Translations under genes and position numbers: made by a program | Origin: an uncultured bacterium | GTDB lineage: Bacteria; JADJOY01 | DNA: 55,250 nucleotides | Assembly: GCA_964447125.1 (NCBI GenBank) | Contig: CAYUSL010000001.1 | Span: forward strand, 1-55,250 | Direction of reading: 5' to 3' | Notes under the pieces: generated by a model | The model's input: the letters and a program-made list of their open reading frames with translations, nothing else | What the model was told of the DNA's origin: nothing | Database searches by the model: none | In this document: positions 1 through 8,609 of the stretch, piece by piece | Layout: the number at the start of each line of letters is the position of its first letter | Numbering within the stretch: the stretch's first letter is position 1

Positions 1-832
1 TCATCAGGCTGAGCGCGAGCATGCGCGGCAAGACCAGGAACTCGATGGGATCGAGGCCCATGGTGGTGAGGGCGTCGATCTCCTCGGTGACCTTCATGGT
101 GCCGAGCTGCGCGGCGAACGCGGCGCCGGTGCGGCCTGCCATGATGATCGCGGTCATCATCGCCGCCATCTCGCGGGCCATGGCGATCGCCACCAGGTTG
201 GCGACGTAGATCGAGGCGCCGAATAGCTCGAGCTGAACGGCGCCCACGAATGCCATGATGAGCCCGACCAAGAAGCTGATGAGGGTGACGATCGGCAGCG
301 CTTGCGCACCGCATTCCTGAACCACGAGCCAAAAGTCGGAGCTCCGGAAGCGCGCCCGAAATCGCAGAAATCGCGAGACGGCGATGGTCGCCTCGCCGAC
401 GAAGCGCACGAACACCAGTGCGCCGTCGAGAGCGCTCAGCGTGGCCATGCCGACGCGCTCGAGCCACGGCGCGCGGCGCGACGTCGCGCGTGCGCCTTGC
501 TTCTCCGGCACCGCTTCGGCGAGGGCCAGCAGGCGATTGACACCGTCGGGCAAGCCGCCGCGGTCGAGTGACAGCGTCCGTGTCCGCGCCAGCTCCTCGA
601 CGCGCGCCAGGAAGGTGAGGACGGTGGTGTCCCACGCCGCCAGTGCGCTCGAGTCGAAGGCGATGCGGCGAGTGGGAATGCGCGCCGCCTCGGCGAGCAC
701 CGATTCCGCGCTGGGGCGCGGCGCAGCGAGCTGCCAGCGACCCGTGAGCCGGACGAGCAACGTTCCGTGCTCGGGTCGCTCGAACGAGATCGCTGCGGCG
801 TCGCTAGCGGGGGGCTGCGGTTGCTCGGGCAT
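1..832 (-). CDS. mlaE: MlaE/Ttg2B-family ABC transporter permease with an N-terminal STAS-like domain (partial; C-terminus runs off the left edge)
   Basis: Hand-translated minus-strand frame, open at the window edge and therefore absent from the ORF track. ATG at 832-830 gives MPEQPQPPASD... and continues ...MAREMAAMMTAIIMAGRTGAAFAAQLGTMKVTEEIDALTTMGLDPIEFLVLPRMLALSLM. The G-R-x-G-A-x-x-A-A-x-L-G-x-M-x-V-x-E-E-I-D-A-L string is the hallmark MlaE permease motif. Confidence 0.7.
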   Translation of the reverse strand, partial: MPEQPQPPASDAAAISFERPEHGTLLVRLTGRWQLAAPRPSAESVLAEAARIPTRRIAFDSSALAAWDTTVLTFLARVEELARTRTLSLDRGGLPDGVNRLLALAEAVPEKQGARATSRRAPWLERVGMATLSALDGALVFVRFVGEATIAVSRFLRFRARFRSSDFWLVVQECGAQALPIVTLISFLVGLIMAFVGAVQLELFGASIYVANLVAIAMAREMAAMMTAIIMAGRTGAAFAAQLGTMKVTEEIDALTTMGLDPIEFLVLPRMLALSLM

Positions 833-1011
833 GGGCGCGCAAGACTAACAGGCGTGCAGCGCCCGTTCTCATCTGCGCACGAAGGGGATCGCTCAGGTCC
901 TTGGCGCTGCGTGGGTTCCGGGCACGGGCTCGCCTAGGTGACCCGGGAAATCGGTCGAGTCGATGATGCCGCTTGCCTCGCCAACCGTCCTCGATCGGTG
1001 ACGTGTCGTGG

Positions 1012-1043
1012 CGTAACTCAGTGACACGAATCACAGAGTTACG
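1012..1043. promoter_or_regulatory. Candidate CRP/FNR-family operator nested in an 8-bp perfect inverted repeat
   Basis: CGTAACTC (1012-1019) and GAGTTACG (1036-1043) are perfect inverted arms. Between them, aGTGA-cacgaa-TCACa (1020-1035) matches TGTGA-N6-TCACA at 9 of 10 positions. It lies about 210 nt upstream of actC1 in a 400-bp intergenic region. Confidence 0.35.
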
Positions 1044-1061
1044 GTTTCGTATCTCTTTTTC

Positions 1062-1090
1062 TTGACCGTGGTGCTGCCCATTGGTAATGT
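1062..1090 (+). promoter_or_regulatory. Candidate sigma70-type promoter for the actC1 operon
   Basis: TTGACC (1062-1067), a 17-nt spacer, then TAATGT (1085-1090). It sits in a locally AT-richer patch downstream of the CRP/FNR-like box. Confidence 0.35.
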
Positions 1091-1246
1091 CGCGCTGATT
1101 CCAGGCCATCTCGATGCCGAGCGCGAGCACCTCGGCGCCATTCATCCCCGATGCTTGGGGGACGGTTACGGATCGAGAGGTCGGTCGCGTCGCGGAGATC
1201 GAGCACCAACGGCGAATAGGCAGAGCGGACCACGTCGCGTGTCTGG

Positions 1247-2668
1247 TTGCGAATGAGCCACGTCATTCCACACGTTCCGACGGACAACGTCTACTTCGAC
1301 CCTGTCGATGGGCGTGCGCCGCTCATCCTCGGCACCAACGATTTTCATTCCATCACCGAAGCGGTTGCCGCGCCGATCGAGAATCGTGCGCCGTTCGGCT
1401 GGTGGGTTTGTCTGGCGGTGGCACTCGGGCTGCTGGCCGTGTTCGGCCTCTCCATTGCCTGGCTCTTCTGGGAGGGGGTGGGGATCTGGGGCGTGATGGT
1501 CCCGGTGGGTTGGGGCTTCGCGATCGTCAACTTCGTCTTCTGGGTCGGAATCGGCCACGCAGGAACCCTGATCTCGGCCGTTCTTTTCTTGTTTCGGCAG
1601 CATTGGCGGACGTCGATCAACCGCTCCGCGGAAGCCATGACGCTGTTCGCCGTCATGTGCGCGCTGGTGTTTCCGGGAATCCACGTCGGCCGCGTGTGGG
1701 TGGCGTACTGGATGTTTCCGCTGCCCAATCAGATGGGTATGTGGCCGAATTTCCGGAGCCCGCTGCTGTGGGACGTGTTCGCCGTGAGCGTCTACGGCAC
1801 CGTCTCGGCGCTCTTCTGGTACGTGGGCCTCGTCCCGGACTTGGCTACGTTTCGTGATCGCGCCACCACCAAGGTCCGCAAGATCGCGTACGGAGTGTTT
1901 GCGCTGGGCTGGCGCGGCTCGGCGCGCCATTGGCAGCACTACGAGTCTGCGTACCTGATCCTGGCCGCGCTCGCGACGCCGCTGGTGCTCTCTGTCCACT
2001 CGATCGTGTCGATGGACTTCGCCGTGTCGCAGCTCCCCGGCTGGCACACGACGATCTTCCCGCCCTACTTCGTGGCGGGTGCGATCTTCTCCGGCTTCGC
2101 GATGGTGACCACGCTGATGCTCATCACGCGCGTCGCCTTCAAGCTCGAGCACATCGTGACCATGCGTCACCTCGAGAACATGGCGAAGATCATGCTGCTG
2201 ACCGGCTCGCTGGTCGGCTACGCGTACGGCATGGAGTTTTTCATCGCCTGGTTCAGCGGCTCTCCGTACGAGCAGTTCATCTTCATCAATCGCGCCTTCG
2301 GCCCGTACAAGTGGGCCTACTGGATCATGATCTCCTGCAACGTGCTGTCGCCGCAGGTCTTCTGGTTCAAGAAGCTGCGCACCAGCGTACCGGTGCTGTT
2401 CGTCATGTCGATCACGATCAACATCGGGATGTGGTTCGAGCGTTTCGTGATCGTGGCGTCGTCGCTACACCGCGACTTCCTGCCGTCGAGCTGGGGCTAC
2501 TACACGCCCACGTTCTGGGACTTCGCGACGCTCGCGGGCAGTTTCGGGCTCTTCTTCACGATGTTCTGCCTGTTCGTACGCTTCCTGCCGATGGTCGCGA
2601 CAGCCGAGGTCAAGACCGTGATGCCGGCGGCGCACGTGCACCTCGGCGACGGCCGAGGAGGGCACTGA
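1247..2668 (+). CDS. actC: Alternative complex III subunit ActC (NrfD/PsrC-like polytopic quinol-interacting subunit), copy 1
   Basis: 473-aa ORF that aligns along its full length with the actC of the complete act operon at 31024. Shared strings include [44 protein letters not shown] and [11 protein letters not shown]. The ORF-track start at 1247 is TTG; an in-frame ATG at 1253 is an alternative. Confidence 0.85.
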   Translation: MRMSHVIPHVPTDNVYFDPVDGRAPLILGTNDFHSITEAVAAPIENRAPFGWWVCLAVALGLLAVFGLSIAWLFWEGVGIWGVMVPVGWGFAIVNFVFWVGIGHAGTLISAVLFLFRQHWRTSINRSAEAMTLFAVMCALVFPGIHVGRVWVAYWMFPLPNQMGMWPNFRSPLLWDVFAVSVYGTVSALFWYVGLVPDLATFRDRATTKVRKIAYGVFALGWRGSARHWQHYESAYLILAALATPLVLSVHSIVSMDFAVSQLPGWHTTIFPPYFVAGAIFSGFAMVTTLMLITRVAFKLEHIVTMRHLENMAKIMLLTGSLVGYAYGMEFFIAWFSGSPYEQFIFINRAFGPYKWAYWIMISCNVLSPQVFWFKKLRTSVPVLFVMSITINIGMWFERFVIVASSLHRDFLPSSWGYYTPTFWDFATLAGSFGLFFTMFCLFVRFLPMVATAEVKTVMPAAHVHLGDGRGGH

Positions 2669-2669
2669 G

Positions 2670-3233
2670 ATGGGGCTGCTCGCGCCATCGCTGCCCGAAG
2701 GCGAGCATTTCGGCGTGCTCGCCGAGCTGCGCTCGCCCCAGGCGCTGGTGGACGCATGCGAGCAAGTGCGTGATGCCGGCTACACACGCTGGGACGCGCA
2801 CACGCCGTTCCCGATCCACGGTCTCGATCGTGCCATGGGGCTGCGGCGCTCCCGGTTGCCGTTCGTGGTGCTCGCGCTCGGCCTGACCGGCGCGGCGGCC
2901 GCGCTCTTGATGCAATGGTGGATGAGCGTCGTCGACTACCCGATCGTGTACAGCGGCAAGCCCTATTTCAGTTGGCCGGCCTTCATCCCGATCGTCTTCG
3001 AGCTGGGGGTGCTTTTCGCTGCGTTCGCTGCGGTATTCGGCATGTTCGGCTTCAATCAGCTTCCCATGCTCTTCCATCCGCTCTTTCACGCCGACCGATT
3101 CGCGCGGGCGAGCGACGACGGCTTCTTCATCTCGATCGAGTCCTGGGACCCACGCTTCGATCCGCACCGCACGGCGGAGTTTCTGCGGGGGCTCGGGGCA
3201 ACGCACGTCGAGCTCGTGCCGCGCCGCGTGTGA
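2670..3233 (+). CDS. actD: ACIII subunit ActD (DUF3341-like membrane subunit), copy 1
   Basis: 187 aa, starting 1 nt after the actC1 stop. It is homologous to the ORF at 32435 (shared: ..A...GY...DA.(T/S)P(F/Y)PI..L..A.G, SWPAFIP..FE..VLFAAFAAVFGM). Position and size match actD. Confidence 0.8.
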   Translation: MGLLAPSLPEGEHFGVLAELRSPQALVDACEQVRDAGYTRWDAHTPFPIHGLDRAMGLRRSRLPFVVLALGLTGAAAALLMQWWMSVVDYPIVYSGKPYFSWPAFIPIVFELGVLFAAFAAVFGMFGFNQLPMLFHPLFHADRFARASDDGFFISIESWDPRFDPHRTAEFLRGLGATHVELVPRRV

Positions 3234-3276
3234 CGGTGCGTGGTCGAGTGGCGAGAAGCCGAGGAAACCGCAACTC

Positions 3277-4485
3277 GTGAGCACTGGAGTGCAATCCTTT
3301 CGGGCTGATCGCGTGTCGATCCCTGCCGGCAACGCCTGGGGGCGGTTGCCCGGCATCGGCCTCGGTGTGTTTCTGGTCGGTCTCGTGGCCTCGCTGGCGC
3401 TCGGACGCGGCGATCTGCGGCAGCTCCACTTCTCTTGGCTCGTCGCGTTCCTCTATTTCCTGAGCATCGCGTTGGGTGCGCTTTTCTTCGTGCTGATCCA
3501 CTACATCGCGAAGGCGGGGTGGAGCACGGCCGTGCGCCGCATCGCCGAGAACGCGATGGGCACGCTGCCGCTCTTCGCGGCACTCGTCGTGCCGGTCGTG
3601 ATCGGGATGTCCGAGCTCTTTCCATGGACGGACGCCGAGGTGGTCGCGAAGGACCCGGTACTGCTTTCCAAGCAGCCGTATCTGAACTCGCCGTTCTTCC
3701 TCGGGCGTCTCGCCTTTTATCTGGTCGTGTGGAGCGGGCTGGCGCTCTACTTCGGTCTCGCCTCGCGGCGCCAGGATTCGACCGGCGATCACGCGATCAC
3801 GCGCCGTCTGCAGATGGCCGCGGCGCCGGGGCTCTTCCTGTTCGCGGTCTCGATCACGTTCGCGGCGATCGACTGGATCATGTCGCTCGATCCGCACTGG
3901 TATTCGACGATCTTCGGCCTCTACTACTTCGCTGGTGCGGTGGTGGCGGCCCACGCGTTCATCGCCATCGTCACCGTCGGCTTGCACCGTAGCGGGCTGG
4001 TCACGGGGGTGTTCACCACCGACCACTTTCACGATCTGGGCAAGTTGCTGCACGGATTCACGGTGTTCTGGACCTACATCGGCTTTTCGCAATTCTTTCT
4101 CATTTGGTACGCGAACATCCCGGAAGAGACGATCTGGTTTCGTCACCGGCTGATGGGCTCGTGGAAGTCCGTCACCATCGCCCTCGCCTTCGGTCATTTC
4201 GTGATTCCATTCTTCGCGATCATGGCGCGCACCGTGAAGCGCAACCCCACGCTGCTTCGGCTGGGTGCGATCTGGATGCTGGCGATGCACTACCTGGATC
4301 TCTACTGGCTCGTCATGCCGAACCTGCACGAACACGGATTCGCACCGACCCTGCTCGATCTCGCCACCTGGCTCGCCGTCGGTGGTGCGTTCGTGGCGAC
4401 TTTCGGATTCAATCTGACCCGCGCGGCACTCGTTCCGATCCGAGATCCGCGTTTGCCCGAGTCTTTGAGCTACGAAAATGCGTGA
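3277..4485 (+). CDS. actF: ACIII subunit ActF (second NrfD-like membrane subunit), copy 1
   Basis: 402 aa with a GTG start. It is homologous to the actF at 33590 (shared: AA(I/V)DW(I/V)MSL(D/E)PHW(Y/F)STIFG, HFHDL(G/A)KLL, Q(F/Y)(F/L)(L/I)IW(Y/S)(A/G)N(I/L)PEE). It follows actD1 directly with a 43-nt gap and no actE between them. Confidence 0.8.
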   Translation: MSTGVQSFRADRVSIPAGNAWGRLPGIGLGVFLVGLVASLALGRGDLRQLHFSWLVAFLYFLSIALGALFFVLIHYIAKAGWSTAVRRIAENAMGTLPLFAALVVPVVIGMSELFPWTDAEVVAKDPVLLSKQPYLNSPFFLGRLAFYLVVWSGLALYFGLASRRQDSTGDHAITRRLQMAAAPGLFLFAVSITFAAIDWIMSLDPHWYSTIFGLYYFAGAVVAAHAFIAIVTVGLHRSGLVTGVFTTDHFHDLGKLLHGFTVFWTYIGFSQFFLIWYANIPEETIWFRHRLMGSWKSVTIALAFGHFVIPFFAIMARTVKRNPTLLRLGAIWMLAMHYLDLYWLVMPNLHEHGFAPTLLDLATWLAVGGAFVATFGFNLTRAALVPIRDPRLPESLSYENA

Positions 4486-4519
4486 ATCTCAACGCTCGAT
4501 CCGAGGAGGAACATCCATC

Positions 4520-5233
4520 ATGGTGCGTACGCGCGTTCTCGGCATGGTTGCAGCCGCTCAATCGTTGTGCGTCGGTGTCGCTCTCGCCGGCACCATCCAA
4601 GGATCGGTGAGCTACTCCGGAGCCGTCCCCAATCTCAAGCCGGTGTCGATGGACGCAGACCCGACCTGCGCAGCGAAGCATTCGAGCCCGGTGCCCAACG
4701 ACATTCTCGTGCTCGGTGACGCGAACGCGCTCGGCAACGTAGCCGTGAGTGTCGAGTCCGGCCTGCCCGCAGGGAAGACATACCCCGCACCCGCCGGTGC
4801 CGCGGAGATCGACCAGGACGGCTGCATGTACTCTCCCCACGTGCTGGGAATTCAGATGGGCCAAGCACTGAAGTTCAAGAATACCGATGCGATCCTTCAC
4901 AACGTTCACGCGTTGCCGCAGCTCAACAAGGAATTCAACCTGGCGATGCCGGGCAACGTGAAGGAGAAAGAAGCTAGTTTCCCCAAGGAAGAAGGCTTCT
5001 TCAAAGTGAAATGTGACGTGCATCCGTGGATGAACGCCTACGTGCGCGTTTACGCTCATCCTTATTTCAGCGTCACGGCCAAGGATGGCAAGTTCAAGAT
5101 CGAGAACGTGCCCGCCGGAACCTACGAGCTCAGCGCCTGGCACGAGAAGCTCGGCACCCAGAAGCAGTCGGTCACCATCGCCGAGGGCGAGACGAAGAAC
5201 CTCACGTTCACGTTCAGCGCGCCGGGTAAGTGA
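4520..5233 (+). CDS. Secreted type-1 copper (cupredoxin) protein with an amicyanin-like ligand loop, flanked by carboxypeptidase-regulatory-like beta-sandwich segments
   Basis: ATG at 4520 is preceded by GAGGAGGA (4503-4510). Signal-peptide-like N-terminus MVRTRVLGMVAAAQSLCVGVALAG. Copper ligand motifs are ILHNVHAL (compare amicyanin MPHNVHFV) and KCDVHPWM (compare amicyanin HCTPHPFM, C-x2-H-P-x-M). The C-terminal segment GKFKIENVPAGTYELSAWHEKLG is CarboxypepD_reg-like. Confidence 0.7.
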   Translation: MVRTRVLGMVAAAQSLCVGVALAGTIQGSVSYSGAVPNLKPVSMDADPTCAAKHSSPVPNDILVLGDANALGNVAVSVESGLPAGKTYPAPAGAAEIDQDGCMYSPHVLGIQMGQALKFKNTDAILHNVHALPQLNKEFNLAMPGNVKEKEASFPKEEGFFKVKCDVHPWMNAYVRVYAHPYFSVTAKDGKFKIENVPAGTYELSAWHEKLGTQKQSVTIAEGETKNLTFTFSAPGK

Positions 5234-5338
5234 CACGCGTCCAGGGCGGGGGCGACGCGTGACGCTCACGCGGCGCGCTGGGCTTGCTGGTCGTCGAAAC
5301 ATTCCTCGATCGCCACGTTTGAAGGGGAGAAGCGCCTG

Positions 5339-7111
5339 ATGAGCTCGTCGCATGGGCACCAAGGGAGTGCGGGCGGTGGTCACGGCGATGCCGAGCACCA
5401 CGAGCTCGGGTTCTGGCGGAAGTACGTCTTCTCCACGGACCACAAGGTGATCGGAATCCAGTACGGGCTCACGGCGCTGACGTTCCTGTTCTTCGGCTTC
5501 TGCTTGATGATGCTGATGCGGTGGCAGCTCGCCTTTCCGGGAAAGCCGCTGCCCTTCGGGCTCGGCAAGCTCTTCAGCGATGCGGTGATGCCGGGCGGGG
5601 CGATGGCGCCGGACTTCTACAACCAGCTCGGCGCCATGCACGGAACCATCATGGTGTTCCTCGGCGTGGTGCCGCTGGGTGTCGGCGCGTTCGGCAACTT
5701 CGTGCTGCCGCTGCAGATCGGCGCGCCGGACATGGCGTTCCCGCGCATCAACATGGCCAGCTACTGGGTCTATGCAATGGGCGGCATCGTCATGCTGGCG
5801 AGCTTCTTCCTCCCCGGTGGTGCGGCGCAGTCCGGCTGGACGTCGTATCCGCCGCTCTCCGACATTTCGCCGGGCCAGACGTCGTGGCTCGTGGGAATGA
5901 TCTTTCTCATCACCTCGTCCTTGCTCGGCTCGATCAACTTCATCGTCACCACGATTCAGCTCCGTGCCAAGGGCCTCACGTTCATGCGCTTGCCGTTCTT
6001 CGTGTGGGCGCAGCTCGTGACGGCCTTCCTATTGTTGCTCGCGTTTCCGCCGCTCGAGGCCGCCGGCATCCTCCAGCTCATGGACCGCGTGGCGGGAACG
6101 AGCTTCTTCCTGCCGAGCGGGCTGGTCGTGAGCGGCAAGATGCTGAACGTGAGTGGCGGTGGAAGCCCGCTGCTCTGGCAGCATCTCTTCTGGTTCTTGG
6201 CTCACCCCGAGGTTTACGTGTTGATCCTTCCGGCGATGGGGATCGTCGCGGAGGTCGTCGCGAACAACACGCGCAAGCCGCTCTGGGGCTATCGAGCGAT
6301 GGTGTATGCGGTGATCTTCCTCGGGTTCATGTCGTTCGTGGTGTGGGCGCATCACATGTTCATCACGGGCATGGGGAGCGTGATGGCGGCCTTCTTCCAG
6401 ACCACCACGATGATCATCTCGATCCCTTCGGTGATCGTGTTGACGGCCTTCTTCGTGTCGCTGTGGGGCGGCTCGATCCGCTTCACCACCCCGATGCTCT
6501 TCGCGCTCGCGTTCCTGCCGATGTTCGGAATCGGTGGGCTCACGGGATTGCCGCTGGGCTTGTCGTTTCCGGACATTCACCTGCACGACACGCTCTACGT
6601 CATCGGTCACTTTCACTACGTGGTGGCGCCGGGAACGATCTTCGCGTTGTTCGCAGGCGTCTACTACTGGTTCCCGAAGGCAACCGGCCGGCGCATGAGC
6701 GAGTCGCTCGGCAAGCTGCACTTCTGGCCGTCATTCGTGTTCATGAATGGCATCTTCTTCCCCATGTTCATCCAGGGGCTGGCCGGCATGTCCCGCCGGA
6801 TGGCGGACGGTGGCGAGACGTACGCGCACGTGGCCCACTACCTGTATCTGAACAAGGTGATGTCGTTTTCCGCCTGGGGGCTCGCGCTTTCCCAGATCCC
6901 ATTCATGATCAATCTCGCGAAGAGCATTCGCGGTGGCGAAAAGGTTTCCGACAACCCGTGGGATGCAACGACGCTCGAATGGGCGGCTCCATCGCCGCCG
7001 CCCCACGGAAACTTCTTGACCCTTCCCGAGGCGCATCGCGGCCCTTACGAGTACAGCGCGCCGGGACGCAAGACCGATTTCTTCCCGCAATTCGACCCGG
7101 CAAGGGGGTGA
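5339..7111 (+). CDS. ctaD: Heme-copper oxidase subunit I, A1-type (D-channel Glu present)
   Basis: 590 aa, with the RBS GAAGGGGAGAAG upstream. Motifs: WFLAHPEVYVLILPAMG (the HPEV glutamate marks the A1 type), VWAHHMF (CuB HH), GHFHYV (heme a/a3 His pair) and DMAFPR. Confidence 0.9.
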   Translation: MSSSHGHQGSAGGGHGDAEHHELGFWRKYVFSTDHKVIGIQYGLTALTFLFFGFCLMMLMRWQLAFPGKPLPFGLGKLFSDAVMPGGAMAPDFYNQLGAMHGTIMVFLGVVPLGVGAFGNFVLPLQIGAPDMAFPRINMASYWVYAMGGIVMLASFFLPGGAAQSGWTSYPPLSDISPGQTSWLVGMIFLITSSLLGSINFIVTTIQLRAKGLTFMRLPFFVWAQLVTAFLLLLAFPPLEAAGILQLMDRVAGTSFFLPSGLVVSGKMLNVSGGGSPLLWQHLFWFLAHPEVYVLILPAMGIVAEVVANNTRKPLWGYRAMVYAVIFLGFMSFVVWAHHMFITGMGSVMAAFFQTTTMIISIPSVIVLTAFFVSLWGGSIRFTTPMLFALAFLPMFGIGGLTGLPLGLSFPDIHLHDTLYVIGHFHYVVAPGTIFALFAGVYYWFPKATGRRMSESLGKLHFWPSFVFMNGIFFPMFIQGLAGMSRRMADGGETYAHVAHYLYLNKVMSFSAWGLALSQIPFMINLAKSIRGGEKVSDNPWDATTLEWAAPSPPPHGNFLTLPEAHRGPYEYSAPGRKTDFFPQFDPARG

Positions 7112-7117
7112 GCGAGC

Positions 7118-7708
7118 ATGCAGATCCCGTACACCGTCGAGCCCCGGCCGGATACCGGGCTGACGAATGGGAAGATCGGTATCTGGCTCTTCCTCGCGTC
7201 CGAGGTGATGCTCTTCGGCGGCCTGTTCGCGGCTTACATCATGCTGCGCGTGGGAGCCTCGGAATGGCCGGCCGGCAGGACGATCCTGAACATCAAGATG
7301 GCGTTCACCAACACGCTGGTGCTGATCAGCTCCAGCATCACGGTGGTGTTGGCCTGGGCGTCCCTGGTGCGTCGTGATCTCGGTGGTTTTCGACGCTGGA
7401 TGGGAATCACGATCCTCTGCGGTTGCATCTTCCTGGTCATCAAGTACTTCGAGTACACGACCAAGTTTCACCACGGTCTCTATCCACGCACGAATACCTT
7501 CCTCGCGATCTACTTCACGCTGACTGGCCTACACGGCTTGCACGTGATCGGGGGGATGGCGGTCAACTCGTACCTGCTGGGGCCGGGATCGAAGCTCTTC
7601 GCGACCGATCCCCAGTGGTTCACGAATCGGGTCGAGAACGCGGGGCTCTTCTGGCACCTGGTCGACTTGGTTTGGATCTTCCTGTTTCCAGTTCTCTACC
7701 TGCTCTGA
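7118..7708 (+). CDS. ctaE: Cytochrome c oxidase subunit III
   Basis: 196 aa, 6 nt after the subunit I stop. It shows FL.SEVMLFGGLFAAY, TG.HG.HV.GG and [14 protein letters not shown], all typical of subunit III. It is paralogous to the ORF at 38757. Confidence 0.85.
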   Translation: MQIPYTVEPRPDTGLTNGKIGIWLFLASEVMLFGGLFAAYIMLRVGASEWPAGRTILNIKMAFTNTLVLISSSITVVLAWASLVRRDLGGFRRWMGITILCGCIFLVIKYFEYTTKFHHGLYPRTNTFLAIYFTLTGLHGLHVIGGMAVNSYLLGPGSKLFATDPQWFTNRVENAGLFWHLVDLVWIFLFPVLYLL

Positions 7709-7724
7709 TCTCAGGGGAGGCGAC

Positions 7725-8105
7725 ATGAGCGCGAACCACGCCGTCGACCACCACGCAGCCGATCTCGACAAGCACGTTCGCGCGGCGCTGATCGTCTTCG
7801 GGACCTTGTTGGTGCTCACCATCGTGACCGTCGTCGTGGCGGAGCTCGATCTGCCGAAACGCGAAGCGATCGCGCTCGCGCTCGTGATCGCCACCGTGAA
7901 AGGCTCGTTGGTCGCCGCCTATTTCATGCACTTGCTATCCGAGCGCAAGGTCATCTTCGCCGTGCTGGGGCTGACGTTCGCGTTCTTCGCGGTCTTGCTC
8001 TTGACGCCCACAGCCACCTCCATCACGGACCACGTCGGCAAGCTGGTTCATCCGGACAAGGTCGCGCAACCGGCTGGCGAGCACGCCGCACACGCGGAAC
8101 ACTGA
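7725..8105 (+). CDS. Prokaryotic cytochrome c oxidase subunit IV family protein
   Basis: 126 aa with 3 predicted helices. The ATVKGSLVAAYFMHL motif (K-x-x-L-V-x-x-x-F-M-H) characterises the bacterial subunit IV (COX4_pro) family. It is paralogous to the ORF at 39423. Confidence 0.7.
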   Translation: MSANHAVDHHAADLDKHVRAALIVFGTLLVLTIVTVVVAELDLPKREAIALALVIATVKGSLVAAYFMHLLSERKVIFAVLGLTFAFFAVLLLTPTATSITDHVGKLVHPDKVAQPAGEHAAHAEH

Positions 8106-8113
8106 GCGTCGCC

Positions 8114-8317
8114 GTGAACCTGAAAGGCTTCCACGTGGTGTTCATCGTCGTCGCCACGCTCACCGTGCTCGGCTTCGGTGCCTGGGGCATCTCGGTGGGA
8201 CGCAGCACGAGCGACGCTGGAATGACCTTGCTCGGTGGAGTGTCCGCCGCGGCAGGTGTGGCCCTGTTGGCGTACGGTGGCTGGTTCCTGCGAAAGCTGC
8301 GAGGTGGGTTGTCGTGA
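8114..8317 (+). CDS. Small two-helix membrane protein, function unknown
   Basis: 67 aa, GTG start, two hydrophobic spans (VVFIVVATLTVLGFGAWGI and LLGGVSAAAGVALLAYGGWFL). It is packed between oxidase genes and overlaps the next ORF by 4 nt. Confidence 0.4.
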   Translation: MNLKGFHVVFIVVATLTVLGFGAWGISVGRSTSDAGMTLLGGVSAAAGVALLAYGGWFLRKLRGGLS

Positions 8318-8592
8318 ACCTCGTGCGCAGGCACCTCTCGATCGGGCTGGTCGCCGCTTTCCTGGTGGTGGCCGGTGCGACCGCGTCGTGGGCTTGCCCG
8401 GCCTGCTACGCCGAGGCCGAGGGGCCACTCATCGACGCCGCGCGGGTGGGCGCCTGGCTCCTGATCGGCGTGGTGGCGTCGATGTGGCTCGGGTTTCTCA
8501 CGTTCTTCGTCTATTTGGCGCGGCGAGCGCGGCGGTTCGCCGCTGAGCCGGTCGGGCAAGCGATGGTGGCGGCAGGCGAGGGCGCGGCCTAG
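8314..8592 (+). CDS. Small membrane protein with an exposed CPAC (CxxC) motif, function unknown
   Basis: 92 aa, GTG start. It has an N-terminal hydrophobic segment, then WACPACYAEAEG, then a second helix and a basic tail. It overlaps the preceding small ORF by 4 nt and lies 17 nt upstream of subunit II. Confidence 0.45.
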   Translation: MNLVRRHLSIGLVAAFLVVAGATASWACPACYAEAEGPLIDAARVGAWLLIGVVASMWLGFLTFFVYLARRARRFAAEPVGQAMVAAGEGAA

Positions 8593-8609
8593 ATCGCGCG
8601 GAGGATCGG

